Positions 1 to 29,425 are shown, counted from the first letter of the stretch. The stretch: DNA of 64,000 bases from Hormiphora californensis (GCA_020137815.1 CM035358.1:4774001-4838000); one strand, 5' to 3'. The notes: generated from the sequence alone by a model not told the origin. A program made the numbers and translations.

Positions 1-381
1 TAAACGTTGCCGAATAGCACTTTGGGTGGAAGAGCTAGACATCAGGACAGAAGTAAAAGAATGCACGTGCAGAATTGAATTTTCCCTTGGTACCCAACTG
101 CAACTGGGAGAGAGGTCTCCACTCTCCAGGTCCCTCTAATAATTGCACGTGCAAGTGTAGTTGCTAGGTGACCACCGTTACACAATTTGCTTAGTAAGTA
201 GTATGATTTGATATGCCTTTTACATAATTTATTCGGTTGCTTATATTTACAGATCATCTTCAAACAGCTCTCTAATATATCGGGCACGTGTTTTTTTGGC
301 TCAATTGTAACAATATTTCACTCTAATATATATTGGTCCTTACGAGGTCTGTATTCGATAATATTCTCCTCGAATCATATT

Positions 382-1851
382 CTAATAATCGTCATCATCA
401 TCTTCATTTCCACTGGTTTCCTCTCTTCCAACCTCCTCATAATCCTTCTCAAGGGCAGCCAGATCCTCCCGGGCCTCGGTAAACTCCCCCTCCTCCATAC
501 CCTCGCCAACGTACCAGTGGACAAAGGCCCTCTTGGCGTACATCAAATCAAACTTCCGATCCAGTCGAGCCCAGGCTTCCGCAATGGCAGTGGTGTTGGA
601 CAACATGCAGACAGATCTGTTGACGGACGCGACGTCTCCCCCAGGAACGGCTACAGGAGGCTGGTAGTTGATGCCAACCTTGAATCCAGTGGGACACCAA
701 TCGACGAATGTTACACTTCGTTTGTTCTTGATTGCTGCGATGGCAACATTCACATCTTTGGGTACAACATCACCCCTGTACAACATGCAACACGCCATGT
801 ATTTGCCCTGTCTCGGATCACATTTCACCATCTGGTTGTAAGGATCAAAACACATGGATGTAATCTGATCCACTGCAAGTTGCTCGTGGTAGGCCCTTTC
901 CGGGGAGAAGACAGGGGCATAGCTGACCAGGGGGAAATGGATCCGGGGATAGGGCACCAAGTTGGTCTGGAACTCAGTTAGATCAACGTTGAGGGCACCA
1001 TCAAATCGAAGGGAGGCTGTTATTGAGGAGACTATTTGGGCCATGAGCCGGTTGAGATTTGTGTAAGACGGTCGTTCGACATCAAGATTCTTCCTACAGA
1101 TATCATAGACGGCCTCATTGTCCACCATGAAGGCACAGTCGGAGGTGAGGAGTGTGTTGTGGGTGGTCAGGATGGAGTTGTAAGGCTCGACCACAGCGGT
1201 GGAAACTTGGGGAGAGGGATATACCGCGAACTCCAACTTGCTCTTCTTACCAAATTCGATACACAGCTGTTCCAGGAGAAGAGAGGTAAATCCAGATCCG
1301 GTTCCCCCTCCAAAGGAGTGGAAGACAAGGAATCCCTGGAGACCGGAACAAGCATCAGCCATCTTTCGGATCCGATCCGTACACGTCTCCAACATTGCCT
1401 TTCCGACCGTGAAATGTCCACGAGCGTAATTATTAGCGGCGTCCTCCACTCCGCTGATTAGCTGGTTGGGATGGAAGAGATTTCGGTAGGTGCCCAGTCG
1501 TACCTCGTCCAAAACAGAGGGCTCCAGGTCAAACATGACAGCACGTGGAACCCGTTTCCCGGAACCCGTTTCCCAGAAAAATGTCCCGAATGAGTCATCG
1601 TAGTGTGCAGTGGTTGTTCGAGATCCGTCTGGGGCACTGGGAAGGTAGCCGTCTGGCTGGATGCCGTGCTCCATACAGTACAGTTCCCAGCAGTTGTTCC
1701 CTATTTGGACGCCTGCCTGGCCTATGTGTACTGAAATACACTCTCTCTGAAATTAGTAATAGGTTTTAATTTAAAGCAGCTCCAAATATTGCAATGCCTT
1801 GTTACAGTTGTTAATGCTTCGTCTACACTTCTAAACTGTTGTACGTACCAT
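382..1851 (-). CDS. TUBA: Alpha-tubulin, divergent isoform; 2 coding exons (ATG 1851-1849; intron 1848-1747; exon 1746-382)
   Basis: ORF 382-1674 extends upstream in frame as [24 protein letters not shown] after a TTTCAG acceptor. ATG|GTACGT donor gives the MREC start with the classic intron after the initiator codon. GGGTGSG motif, [44 protein letters not shown]. Confidence 0.98.
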
Positions 1852-2032
1852 TATTTTGGTGAAAATAAGATATCAAAGCTTGGAACAACGAAATGGTTTT
1901 CAGTTCAGAGCAAGTGTGTTGGAGAGAGAGAGAGAGAGCTTAGGGAAAGACTGTGAACAGAGGATCAATGTGTGTTTGGGGAAGCTAATGGTTGTGAAGG
2001 GAGAGAGATAGAGATAGAGATATAGAGAAAGA

Positions 2033-2080
<48 letters not shown>

Positions 2081-2571
2081 ATGCTATAGATAGAAAGTAG
2101 AGATAGGTGTAAGATTGAGAGAATGCCAGAAGGGAGTCCGGAGTCAGAGAGCTGAGAACGATCTCTATTCATCGAGATCTTGATACATTGGGAACAGAAA
2201 AAGAGAAAGAAAAGAGAGCAGTACTAGAGAAACGGAGCGAAAATAGAATAAAAGTTACATACGAAATCGTACACACACGTCATCTTGTGGGTCATCTCAC
2301 GGCGATGGCCCTTGGGGAAACATGTTCGAGCAAGATGGCCCATCTTAGATGGGATCTCATTGCCAGAAACTACCAGGGCGGGGATCTTGTTACTTTTTAA
2401 TAACTAATCTTCCCTAAACGTTAGTTAAAAAGTCACCCATTTAGGAGCGCTCTTGTGGGCGTAATGATGGTTATACCAACCCTATACGTCATGTTCAGTC
2501 AGATCCCGATAACATAATGATAATGATCCGACACCCGATTGACCGTTCATTGTTAAATTTTGAATTATTCA

Positions 2572-2769
2572 GATTATTTCAGTGTATGGATGTCGTACGG
2601 CAGGTTCGGTGGCGAGGAATTCACCACATTTCTGGGGGAGCTATTTAAACTCCCTGTGTGCTATGAGTACGACAAGCAACATCTCAATAGGTATATACAG
2701 GCCTTACGTGTGCAAAAGGGACAGTTTAGGGCAGAATATATAAGCCACCCTCTTGTTCCAAAGCCCTAA
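2572..2769 (+). other. Possible isolated coding exon (weakly kelch-like), gene of origin unknown
   Basis: Acceptor-like TATTCAG followed by open frame DYFSVWMSYGRFGGEEFTTFLGELFKLPVCYEYDKQHLNR, with possible donor AATAG|GTATAT at 2690 or stop at 2769. FGG...YD spacing resembles a kelch blade. No partner exon identified. Confidence 0.3.
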
Positions 2770-3243
2770 AACAGCCGTGCTGAACGAGTTTTGTGACTGA
2801 TCGGTCACTGAAAGTACGGCTGTTTTGGACCAAAAAGGTACACTTTGCCTTTCACTACATTTCTTATCAATAAGTTATGTTTTCTACCGGAAGCTAACTT
2901 TTGTGACAATATATTGTGAATCGTACTGTGAAGCGTAACGTGAAGCAAAATCCCAGTAAATTCATAATTGTTTTTGAGTTACAAGAAAGTGAAACTGCCG
3001 GAAATTGCATAAACTTGGAATATTTTCCATGTCTTTTTTGGTTCTAATTGTTATTTTTGGCCATACATACGTGTCGTCGAATAAGATTATGTCGAAGCTA
3101 TGTCACGAAAAAATCGCGTCTGGTGAAGCCTTATAAAACTTCATACAGCTTTATTTATCTCTCCGCTTCCCCATTTCTTCCTTTCCTTTTCCGACCATTC
3201 GTTGTTACTGAGATCTCATGTGCAACGAAAACTAAATATTCGC

Positions 3244-3473
3244 CTATAGTCCCAGGAAAATGACTAAGGCGGTTCAAGGTGCCCGCCCCACAATTTTTCC
3301 TGCTATTTTTGCAAATTTGGTTCGCCTAATGTGTCCTAACATCTAAAACCAACCCAGCCGCACACAGTGGAAGCATGGAATCACTTGTAACTCGCGTTTC
3401 CTGCTTGCTATGCTCCTGAAACTACCGGTAACACGCATAACGAACCACCTTAGTCATTTTCCAGGGACTATAG
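3244..3473. mobile_element. Non-autonomous DNA transposon (MITE), ~230 bp, probably TA-targeting
   Basis: ~32-bp terminal inverted repeats CTATAGTCCCAGGAAAATGACTAAGGCGGTTC / GAACCACCTTAGTCATTTTCCAGGGACTATAG with 2 mismatches; no ORF. Confidence 0.75.
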
Positions 3474-3905
3474 TAATTGTTAAATAACACCCCAAGTTTG
3501 TCGACGGCGGTATGATTTAGATTTTATCATTAATTCTGGCGTGACACACAGTTTACACTTGCCCATTTCCTTCTTCTTCTGTTCCTTTCTGGGCGGTGGT
3601 GTGCATGCCACAGATACACCACAGATCACGTGTCATACCAAGGAGGCAGTTTAGCAGTCATAATTGTTTTTCCTAGGAGGATAGGAGCAGTGAGAGAAGG
3701 AGAGAGAGAAGGAGTGAGAGACACACGAACAGAATGGGAGAAACAGAGATAGAGATATAGCACGTGCCGGAATATATAATTTTAACAGTTTAGTTGTGTA
3801 CAACTGCATTGGTATCTTTTACGTCTGATACCGGATTTAGTTTTCTTTCAGTGTGAAGTATTTGTTGTCGACCAATTCTCCGATACGTCCTTAATTGCTT
3901 TAAAA

Positions 3906-6900
3906 ATGTTAAGGGTATTGTGTAGTAGTTTCACGACAACTAAAAATTACTTGGTGGGGACATCTGAGGATGTGTTCATGTTGCCTGGAGTTGTACTGAG
4001 ACAGCAGGAGATTTTTTTCCGAGATATTACATTTGACACATTTTTGGGTTTTCGTGCAATAAGCTTAGTAACCACTATTCATTATCCTCTTTTCTTCAAG
4101 CCAACCTGTTTGTACCTATGTCATATTAATGGTGAAACTGGTTTGAAGCTCTCCCAAAAACTCCCCCCGGTCTCTTCTTCGCTTACCACAGCTGGTCAAG
4201 CTCCACGTTGTTGTGTGATGATCAACAGCATTCATCTCACATGAACTGCTTTCTCAAGTTCCTTAAAAGCCATCTCATCAAGTACAAGTAAGGATGTGTT
4301 GATCAATCAACTGCATCAGGTGGCCGTTAGAAATGTGTGTTGTACCCGGGCCTGCAGTGCATGCCACAGCCGCTGAGTTTAGTTTTTGAGCAGAGATTTT
4401 TCGGTGTCGGTATACATAAGTGAACGCTGCTGCTTTGACTTGGCTGTCTCGTGTGGTCTTCAAGGAGACTGTGAACAATGCAACTGTTTTGTTTTGCCGC
4501 ATGTTGGGCCACACGTCGCCTTTGCTTTTAAACGTATTAGCAGCAATAACATCATTGGGAATACTGAATATATCAGGAAATTGTTGCATGAAACTTTTTT
4601 GCATGAACCATAATATTACCCAAGTAATATATGACGTCGTGATTACATTTACTGTACATATATAGCCCAATTGTTCAATTCGGAATATACTATTACCTCA
4701 CTATCAATTATTATCAATCATTATTTCAGGCAGAGTGATCGGTATGAAGAGAAACAAGAGGTGATATCATGGCGGCAAACCGGCAAACAAGTCCTGTACT
4801 GGCTTTATATCGGAGGTACTGCGTTCCTTACATTCACATTGTCTGCAGTCCCCTAATGTGTGTGTTTTTGACGGCAACTACACGTAGGGGGACTGCAGCG
4901 TAGGCCAAACTGGTTCCGTATTGTATTGTGACTATCCAATGGATAATATCCATAATTGGCCGAATAGCCAAGCATCAATTATAATTTATAGTAGGGGATC
5001 ACCAATCAAGCCTTTATTTCAGTTTGGGGATGTGCCATTATGTATACGATCTACAACCTCTCACAATGCCTGGGAAAGTACCTGGAGAAGCCCGTCCGGA
5101 CCCAAATATCAATCTACCGTTCAGAGAAAGACTCTATGCAGTTCCCTACTATTTCGATATGTAATCTAAATCAGGTAAACGTTCATTTTAAACTCTCCTG
5201 ATCATATAGCCAGCCCTTTTCCCAGAACGTTTTACTAAGGCTCTATCATTTAGTAAATCAATTAGCAAATCAAATATATTATTCGCACCGTTTGCAGGTT
5301 AATAAAACGTATATGGACGCCAATCCGAATGTACACTCGGTCTGGCAAAATCTCATATACGGTGAAATAGACTGGGAGGATGAGCGGTATCGACCTTACA
5401 AGGACATGCACTTGGTTGACTTTTATAAGTACGTGCCATCACCACCCTGAACCCTCATCGATATAGATCTAGCTCTAAGATGGCCATCTTACAGTGGTCA
5501 TCCGACATAATTGTCACAGCTCGACGACAGCATTTGCTTACTGCGGCTCATCTCTCTGATGCGCGGCGCATTTCTCGTTGGATTTCTCGTCGGATTTCTC
5601 GTCGGAATATGTCGGATGACCACTGTTAGAGTTAGATATTTTGTAGATTATGCTGCTAAGTTTTAGTTCAGATAATCTAAAAAAACCGCATTGTAATTAT
5701 TTCTTTAAAATAATTTCCTTCCTTTTTCAGATATTCCCCAACTTGGGAGGACACTGTATTAGCATGCACCCAGGCAGGGGTAAGATATTGTAAGAACATC
5801 AGACATGATAATGAACCGATATTCACAGAAGACTTTGGTCCAACGGGCAGGTAAGTGTTGTTTAAAAAAACGTGACAAGATACCTAAGACAGATTGCTTG
5901 TAAATGAATTTTGAACATTGTTCAGATTTTTTGCCGTCTAGTTCAATATATTCGAAATAGGGGTTTTACCCGAGTGAACCCTCCAAACCAGAAACCGACC
6001 GAAACAAGTAAACAACCAATCAGAACTCGTTATTTAGGTCACGTGACTGGTTATCAGCCAATCAGGGACCAATATTTCCTGATTCGGTCGGTTCCTACTC
6101 CAAACCCAATGTCGTTTCAGGTGTTTTAGGTTCAATCCCGATGGATGGATTAAAAGCAAGGCCGGTGATTATGGGTCTGTGTATTTACGGCTCAACGTCA
6201 ATAGACGCGAATATCTTAACTTAGGTGATGCCTTGTATTTTTTTAAAGAGCACAAATTCCATGCCAACTGAAAGAATTCTGTCATCTGTTGTCACGACAG
6301 CAGTTAAACCACAGTTTTGGTTCATTATCATTACCTATGTATTTGAACTGATACAATTATGAATTGTTGCGTGTGAACAACACAGCATGATGGCATAAAA
6401 GCGTAAAGCAGTTTTGAAATAATTTTACTAACATTCTCCCTCCAGATGAGATATACTTTACAATAGCCATCCACCACCACGCTCAGTTCAGTGTTACTCG
6501 AAACACAGGAATTCAGATTAGTCCGGGGTTCAAGTATAAAGTGGGAGTCAGGACGGTTGAGGTAATATTTTCAACACTACAAAATACACAACATACCTAG
6601 TTGTTATATAGTGTATGTACTACAAAACGTTACAATAGTAAGTTACCATGGTACGTTTGGTAACCTACGAACATTGAATCTGTCAGGGCAATAGATCATG
6701 TTAATGATTTCAGAGGTTTGAACTGGATGTCACGGAGGGTGGGGACTGCAACAGAGAACAGGGCTCCAACAGCTACGGAGCATACGATCTGGAATCATGT
6801 CACATGGAATGCCGAGACAGGTATGTAACATGAAGTGTTGTAACCATGGCAACCAAATGCAGACATAAATAATCGATATATATGGACCGTGGCAACCAAT

Positions 6901-8259
6901 GATAATTCTCTTGCTATAAGTATTTTTTTTAATTTATTTTCATGCAGTTCAAAGTTCTTTGTGTCATTTCGTCACAGTTGAAAAGTCGGTTCTCAGCCGG
7001 AAATATTAAACTCTACTTCAAATTGTACTACTAAATTATCATCTAATTACATAACAACTAATTATCTTCTAAATAATTACTAATTATCATCTAATTAATT
7101 ACTTCCCTACTACAGATACCTATATCAAAAATGTAACTGCGTCCTATGGCTGCCTCCTGTGGACATGTTCAACTACACTGTGTGCACATTAAAACAGGTC
7201 CACTCCTGTGGATATCCCGCTTATGTGGATTACAGTACGTGAATTATTTTAAGTTGATTAAATAATTACCACATTAAGACCAGTTTTTACACGTGGTTAC
7301 AATTTAATTTAGCTGCATTTCTCCCCCACCCAGTTCACGCGATAACAGATACCGATCACGAGAACGAATATCATTGTGATTGCCCGGTTAGTTGTTAACA
7401 TGATGTTAGTTGTTATGAAATAACTTGATCGAGTTAGAGCTAGCTCAAATAATTATAGGACAATCTTTCCAGTCCACTAATTTAGTTTTGCATCAGTGAT
7501 ATATTGTGATCTGATTTAGCTGTTCATTACCACTGATACGATACTACTTTAATTATTATTTAAACCAGTGCAGGTGCCATGTAATAACACAGTACCACAA
7601 ATGCAGGTGCCATGTAATAACACAGTGTTCAACATGCAAACGACAACAACGGCCCTCAGCAAGGAATGGGCGAAGAGGAAATGGGAAAGGGAAGGAGAGA
7701 GATTTAATTACACCGTGCAGGATATCTTGTAAGTTTTAGATGTGTTGGGACATATTGAAAAGAGGCTTACACATAATAGAGACTAGCACGAAGAGTCATC
7801 TTTTTTGATAAGTTACAAAAAGACAATTATATGCCGTATGTTACAACTTTATCAAAACTTGCTCTGAACTCATTATTCAGAAAACGGCGTAGGTTACAAA
7901 TAACCTTTACTACAGCTCCAAATATTTTCAGAGATAATTACGTAGTCTTGGAAGTGTATTTCGCTGACATGTACATTGACAAAGTGGAGCAAATACCAGC
8001 ATACAGCTTCTGGAATTTATTAGGTAAAACACGAGATGAAGCATCAACAAGAACATATATAATTTTATGTAACACATAATAATATTGTAAACGTTCTCAA
8101 CATGTGAATCCCTTTTCCACAGCGGACGTAGGAGGAATGATGGGCCTCCTTCTCGGAGCAAGCGTGTTTACCCTCCTAGAAGCCTTCACGCAAGCTTGGA
8201 ACAAGTTGTACGCTTGTTCAAAAAGAAACTCAGCCGATTCGTCGTCGGCTTCCATGTAA
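3906..8259 (+). CDS. DEG/ENaC (ASIC/amiloride-sensitive channel family) subunit, ~447 aa, 13 coding exons; first exon tentative
   Basis: Exons 3906-3914 (tentative), 4734-4815, 5023-5174, 5298-5428, 5731-5850, 6121-6224, 6446-6561, 6714-6820, 7116-7234, 7334-7386, 7607(or 7574)-7728, 7932-8023, 8123-8259 join in frame (1344 nt). TM1 then FPTISICNLN, GRCFRFN, Cys-rich thumb, TM2 LLADVGGMMGLLLGASVFTLLE with GAS filter. Confidence 0.93.
4843..4898. repeat. Short intronic inverted repeat (mini-MITE-like)
   Basis: CTGCAGTCCCC ... GGGGACTGCAG arms within a DEG/ENaC intron. Confidence 0.55.
5492..5625. mobile_element. MITE, PIF/Harbinger (Tourist)-like
   Basis: 18-bp perfect TIR CAGTGGTCATCCGACATA / TATGTCGGATGACCACTG flanked by TTA on both sides (3-bp TSD); internal ATTTCTCGTCGG-type repeats. 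Confidence 0.75.
5989..6097 (+). mobile_element. 109-bp hAT-type MITE family, copy 1
   Basis: TIR (C/T)AGGAACCGACCGAA...TTCGGTCGGTTCCT(G/A); perfect 8-bp TSD CTCCAAAC. Confidence 0.9.
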
Positions 8260-9120
8260 AAAACATTGGGGTGGGAGTGTGAGCACGATATGTGTCAGAT
8301 TTTGATGGAGGTTTTAGTTTGATTTCTAAAATGATTAGTCACAACGACAACAATTGTACATCACAGATGATATTCACTCATTCGCATACTCGCTGCGGCC
8401 CCAGAACCCATTCGCTGCCAGACAGCATACTGCATGATACTCGTCACTTCGGAATTCGGACTACCACCGACGGTTCACAGGATTATTGTCTGTCGGCACG
8501 ACCCGAGCTCGGAGCTGAGCTCACTGTAAATTTCAAAACGGGCCTGCTACCGGATCATGAGCTTAATAGCTCAGCGTAGGCAAACATTAATTCTTGGTGC
8601 CTTGCATTGCTAGTATTCCATCGTTTTTGGCAGTCGAGACGGGTCAGGGCTGCCCGTCACAAGGCAGCTTGTAGTGAAAAAAACGGTTTCGGTCATGAAT
8701 TCGGTAAAAAGACGCGTAAGCGTGACTAATCATGGCGCTAGTTTGACAGCACGTTAATATGCTAAATATCAGCACGTTACTGTGCCATTTGTTTAGTTGT
8801 AGGATAATTTGAATCAAGCGGGACAGAATCTTTAATTTCCACGCATTAAAAAAAAGAAGAAAAATCACGGCTCAGCTCATTTTTCATTCCAATGGAGGCA
8901 CCCCGAATGTGTTGAGACGCGCATATCGCGACGCGCATGAGACGCGCATGCGACGCGCACCAAATTGGTCAAATTCAAAAAATGTGAAAATGCGTTTTTA
9001 AAATTTTAAGACTTGAGGCCTCTTGGACGTTTTGGGGACTTGATGGTGACCCATAAGGAGTCCGAGTATCGTGCACGTGAAAGGCTCGGTTACCCCCATA
9101 CTTCTGTCCACGTATAGGCT

Positions 9121-10227
9121 ATGCAGTACCAGTTTCTCAAGACACGATACAAGAAGCTCTCCCGAGAAACGATGTGCGTCATCTTTGTCATGTACCTGGC
9201 CCTTTTCATTACCCAGGGCCTGGCCGTAACAGCCACCCAGAACCCGGACCACAAGTACGAGTACAACACTGCAACCGTGGTCCTACTGGGGGAGGCTTTT
9301 AAACTTGTGGCTGCTATTGTCATCCACGTGTTCAACAACTCATGGAACGAATTCAAGATGGAGATCGTGGAACGACGGAAGTTGTTTGTGTTGTACTTTG
9401 CCCCCGCGGCACTCTACTGTCTGTATAACAATCTCCAGTTTACCAGTTTGACTTGGTTTGATCCTACCTCCTACTTCGTGCTAATGCAGTTCAGGGTGGT
9501 AATAACGGGTGTTCTCTTCCAAATCTTCTTCAGCAAGGAGCTGACTCCAATGCAGTGGTTGTCTCTAATCCTCCTTACCATGGGATGTATCGTCCAGAGA
9601 CTACATGAGAATGACATTGGGAAACTATCACTGGACATAAATGTGTACCTCGTGTTGATCTTGATTCAGGTTCTGAGCTCTTGTTTCGCGGGCGTCTACA
9701 CGGAGTATATACTGAAGAAACAGCCGGGGGATGTAATGATTCAGAACGTGTATCTGTACGGTAACAGTGTCCTGTGTAATCTTGTTTTAATAATGTGTAA
9801 GGGCCAGTTGGGTGACTTCTTCTCCGCGGAGGGCTGGGCACCGCTCGGGAGTTTCAAAGTGTGTTACATCATCATCAACACGACGTGCATTGGGATTACT
9901 GTCAGTCTCTTCCTGAAATATTTGAACTCAATTTTAAAGACATTTGCTAGCGCGTTGGAGATCGTTTTTACTGCGATCTTATCTTACGTGATATTCGGAG
10001 TTTCTATAGACTTTGGTACGATAATCAGCGTGCTACTGATATTCATTGCTACCTACCTTTACTCAGCCAACCCGGTTAATAATACAAGGGATGGGAGTGA
10101 TAAGGCAAACTCACCACCCTTATCACCTACAACTCTGTCGAGTAGGGATAGTCTGGACAATAATTCCAACCATGTGACATTAAATACAACCCGGTCTCGT
10201 GCCCTGAGCGGGAGTGAGAATGTATAG
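9121..10227 (+). CDS. Nucleotide-sugar transporter, SLC35A family (senju/SLC35A4-5-like), intronless CDS, 368 aa
   Basis: About 10 hydrophobic segments; motifs LYFAPAALYCLYNNLQF, FDPTSYFVLMQFRVVITG, SCFAGVYTEYILK, QNVYLY, LKYLNSILKTFA. Confidence 0.93.
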   Translation: MQYQFLKTRYKKLSRETMCVIFVMYLALFITQGLAVTATQNPDHKYEYNTATVVLLGEAFKLVAAIVIHVFNNSWNEFKMEIVERRKLFVLYFAPAALYCLYNNLQFTSLTWFDPTSYFVLMQFRVVITGVLFQIFFSKELTPMQWLSLILLTMGCIVQRLHENDIGKLSLDINVYLVLILIQVLSSCFAGVYTEYILKKQPGDVMIQNVYLYGNSVLCNLVLIMCKGQLGDFFSAEGWAPLGSFKVCYIIINTTCIGITVSLFLKYLNSILKTFASALEIVFTAILSYVIFGVSIDFGTIISVLLIFIATYLYSANPVNNTRDGSDKANSPPLSPTTLSSRDSLDNNSNHVTLNTTRSRALSGSENV

Positions 10228-10815
10228 TGATATTATATCTAGTATATAGGTGAGTGTGTGTCGTGAGTCATGAGTCATGTATATTCGTGCGTGTATTATA
10301 CCAGCAATGTGAATAACGATGCACAAATTAGATGAGGCTTTGTTAGGTGAGCCAGGCTGATATTATTTTGTTATACAAGTGGGGTGTGGACTGTGTAGTG
10401 GGAGGAGACAAAAGAATTGGAGATAATGTAAAGACAGTGTTTTGGGGTGTGTGTAGAGAGAGAGAGAGAGTGGAAGAGAGTGTGGAGAGAGAGAGAGGGA
10501 GAGAGAGAGAGAGAGAGAGAAACTATGGATTGCCATATGTACCTTGTAAATTTCTGTGTGTAGACATCTGGCATTCATGAAATAACAATGCGCCAAGATT
10601 ATAAAATAATGCATAAATTCTACTGCTGGTAATAATATAACACAGCTGCTGTGCAATGTTATATTTTACTACTCACTGTTATACGGGGGGAATGAATAAT
10701 TGGCAATGTCACATGTTGGCCCGCAGCTAACCAGCCACGAAGACGTGCAGCAGGAAGACGTGCAGTTGCTTGCGAGTTCTCCGAAAATTCAGTAGAACGA
10801 GGAGGGAGGGAGAGA

Positions 10816-10884
<69 letters not shown>

Positions 10885-12314
10885 TGAGAGGGTGAGAGAA
10901 TGAAATGTAATGTGAAATAGACAGGTTGAAGGACGGAATTTTTGTTTATTCAATGATTATATATCTGGCTCTAAGAAATAAGTGAGATTAATATGACATA
11001 ATTTCTAAGAAATCAGTGAGAATGAAAGGGTGAAGCGATAATGAAAGAGTGAGGCTGGAAAGAGTGGAGTTGAAATTCAGAAAGGAATGATTATGGTTAA
11101 ATTATTGCATGCGAATGATCAATCCGAGCAACCAATTTTACATTTGTATTTAACAATTGATGATTTCACTCTGGCCTATCTATGAATTTTCTCTCTTTCT
11201 TTATTTCTCTCTCTCTCTGGGTTTCTCTATTTTTGTCCGTTTTTGCTGCACAACAACTGCTGTTATTAGGTCATCAGCGTGATTTAACTTTGACGCAGTT
11301 AGGAAAATCCAAGAGAAATAAAGCAAGAGAGAGAAGAGAGAAATAGAGTGCGACAAAAAGAGAGAACGAAATAGAGAGAAAGAGAGAGAGAGAGAGGGAG
11401 AGAAATGAAGATAGACAGAGTGACAGAAACAGATGAAATCGGTTTTGGAAATGTGTGCTAGGTGATAGAATAGGGCACGTGTTTTTTACTTGATCAATAA
11501 TCAATCACGGTTATCTTCTGTTTTTCTTTTTTAATTTAGTTTTACATGTATCCCATATGACGTGTTTTACATTTGTTTGCAGAAAACTCGGTTCTAAAAT
11601 CACATGCACATTATGTGTAAAATACACAACAGTGTATCACTTGAAAGGATTTACTCGATTGCGTCATAAAGCCGCCCTTCTCCTTCCGCTCTCTAATTAC
11701 CGGCTTGATTAGCCCCACTTGTACACTCCGAGTGTAGACGTGTTGGGGAGGTACTACTGCTGCAACATCGGGAACCGCTCCCAAATAAAAGTGCCGCCTT
11801 CGCAATAATGTAACGCGCGGTGACCTTCTTCTGAGCTTCATCGCGCGAACAGTCAATCTGTTGCGGAAACCGTGGTCGGGTTTGTTTTGCGCGGGTTTGT
11901 TTTGCGCGTTACATTACGCCGCGCGTGGGTTTTCACTTATTAGCTTTTTAAAGTTTTCAAAAATCAAATATTTAATTTTTAAAATTTGTTTTGTTTTCCA
12001 GAAGTTCTGTGGTTTAAAGTGGCTGGGTGCACCCCCGCAATAAAGGCCTGGCCTACAGAGCTATCTCCCAGCAGTTTATAAGTTTTTCATTGATAAATGA
12101 TGATGACATCCTTGATCCTATTGAGTTCGTTTGAAATGCTTGTGTACGCCTCTTCTGAGGGCCCTGCAGGCAGCAGCGTGTACCGATAGCCGTCGTGGTT
12201 AAAATTTAAATTGAAGAGAATCTCTTCAAGAGAAGAAGGATGTGTTCACTTTTTAACTTCATCTTGTAAAGCATTGTCCCTTAATTAGTTATGTAGATTT
12301 ACTGAAGCTGAAGA

Positions 12315-29425
<17,111 letters not shown>

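Noticed and set aside
208-1461. Plus-strand ORFs of 257 and 141 aa
   Set aside because: Antisense shadows of the alpha-tubulin CDS.
4278-4670. Minus-strand 130-aa ORF and overlapping small ORFs
   Set aside because: No recognisable motifs or consistent splice structure; lie in the probable first coding intron of the channel gene.
5911-6129. ORFs sharing the peptide QPIRTRYLGHVTGYQPIRDQYFLIRSVP (also 25113-25310)
   Set aside because: Translation of the 109-bp MITE, not a protein domain.
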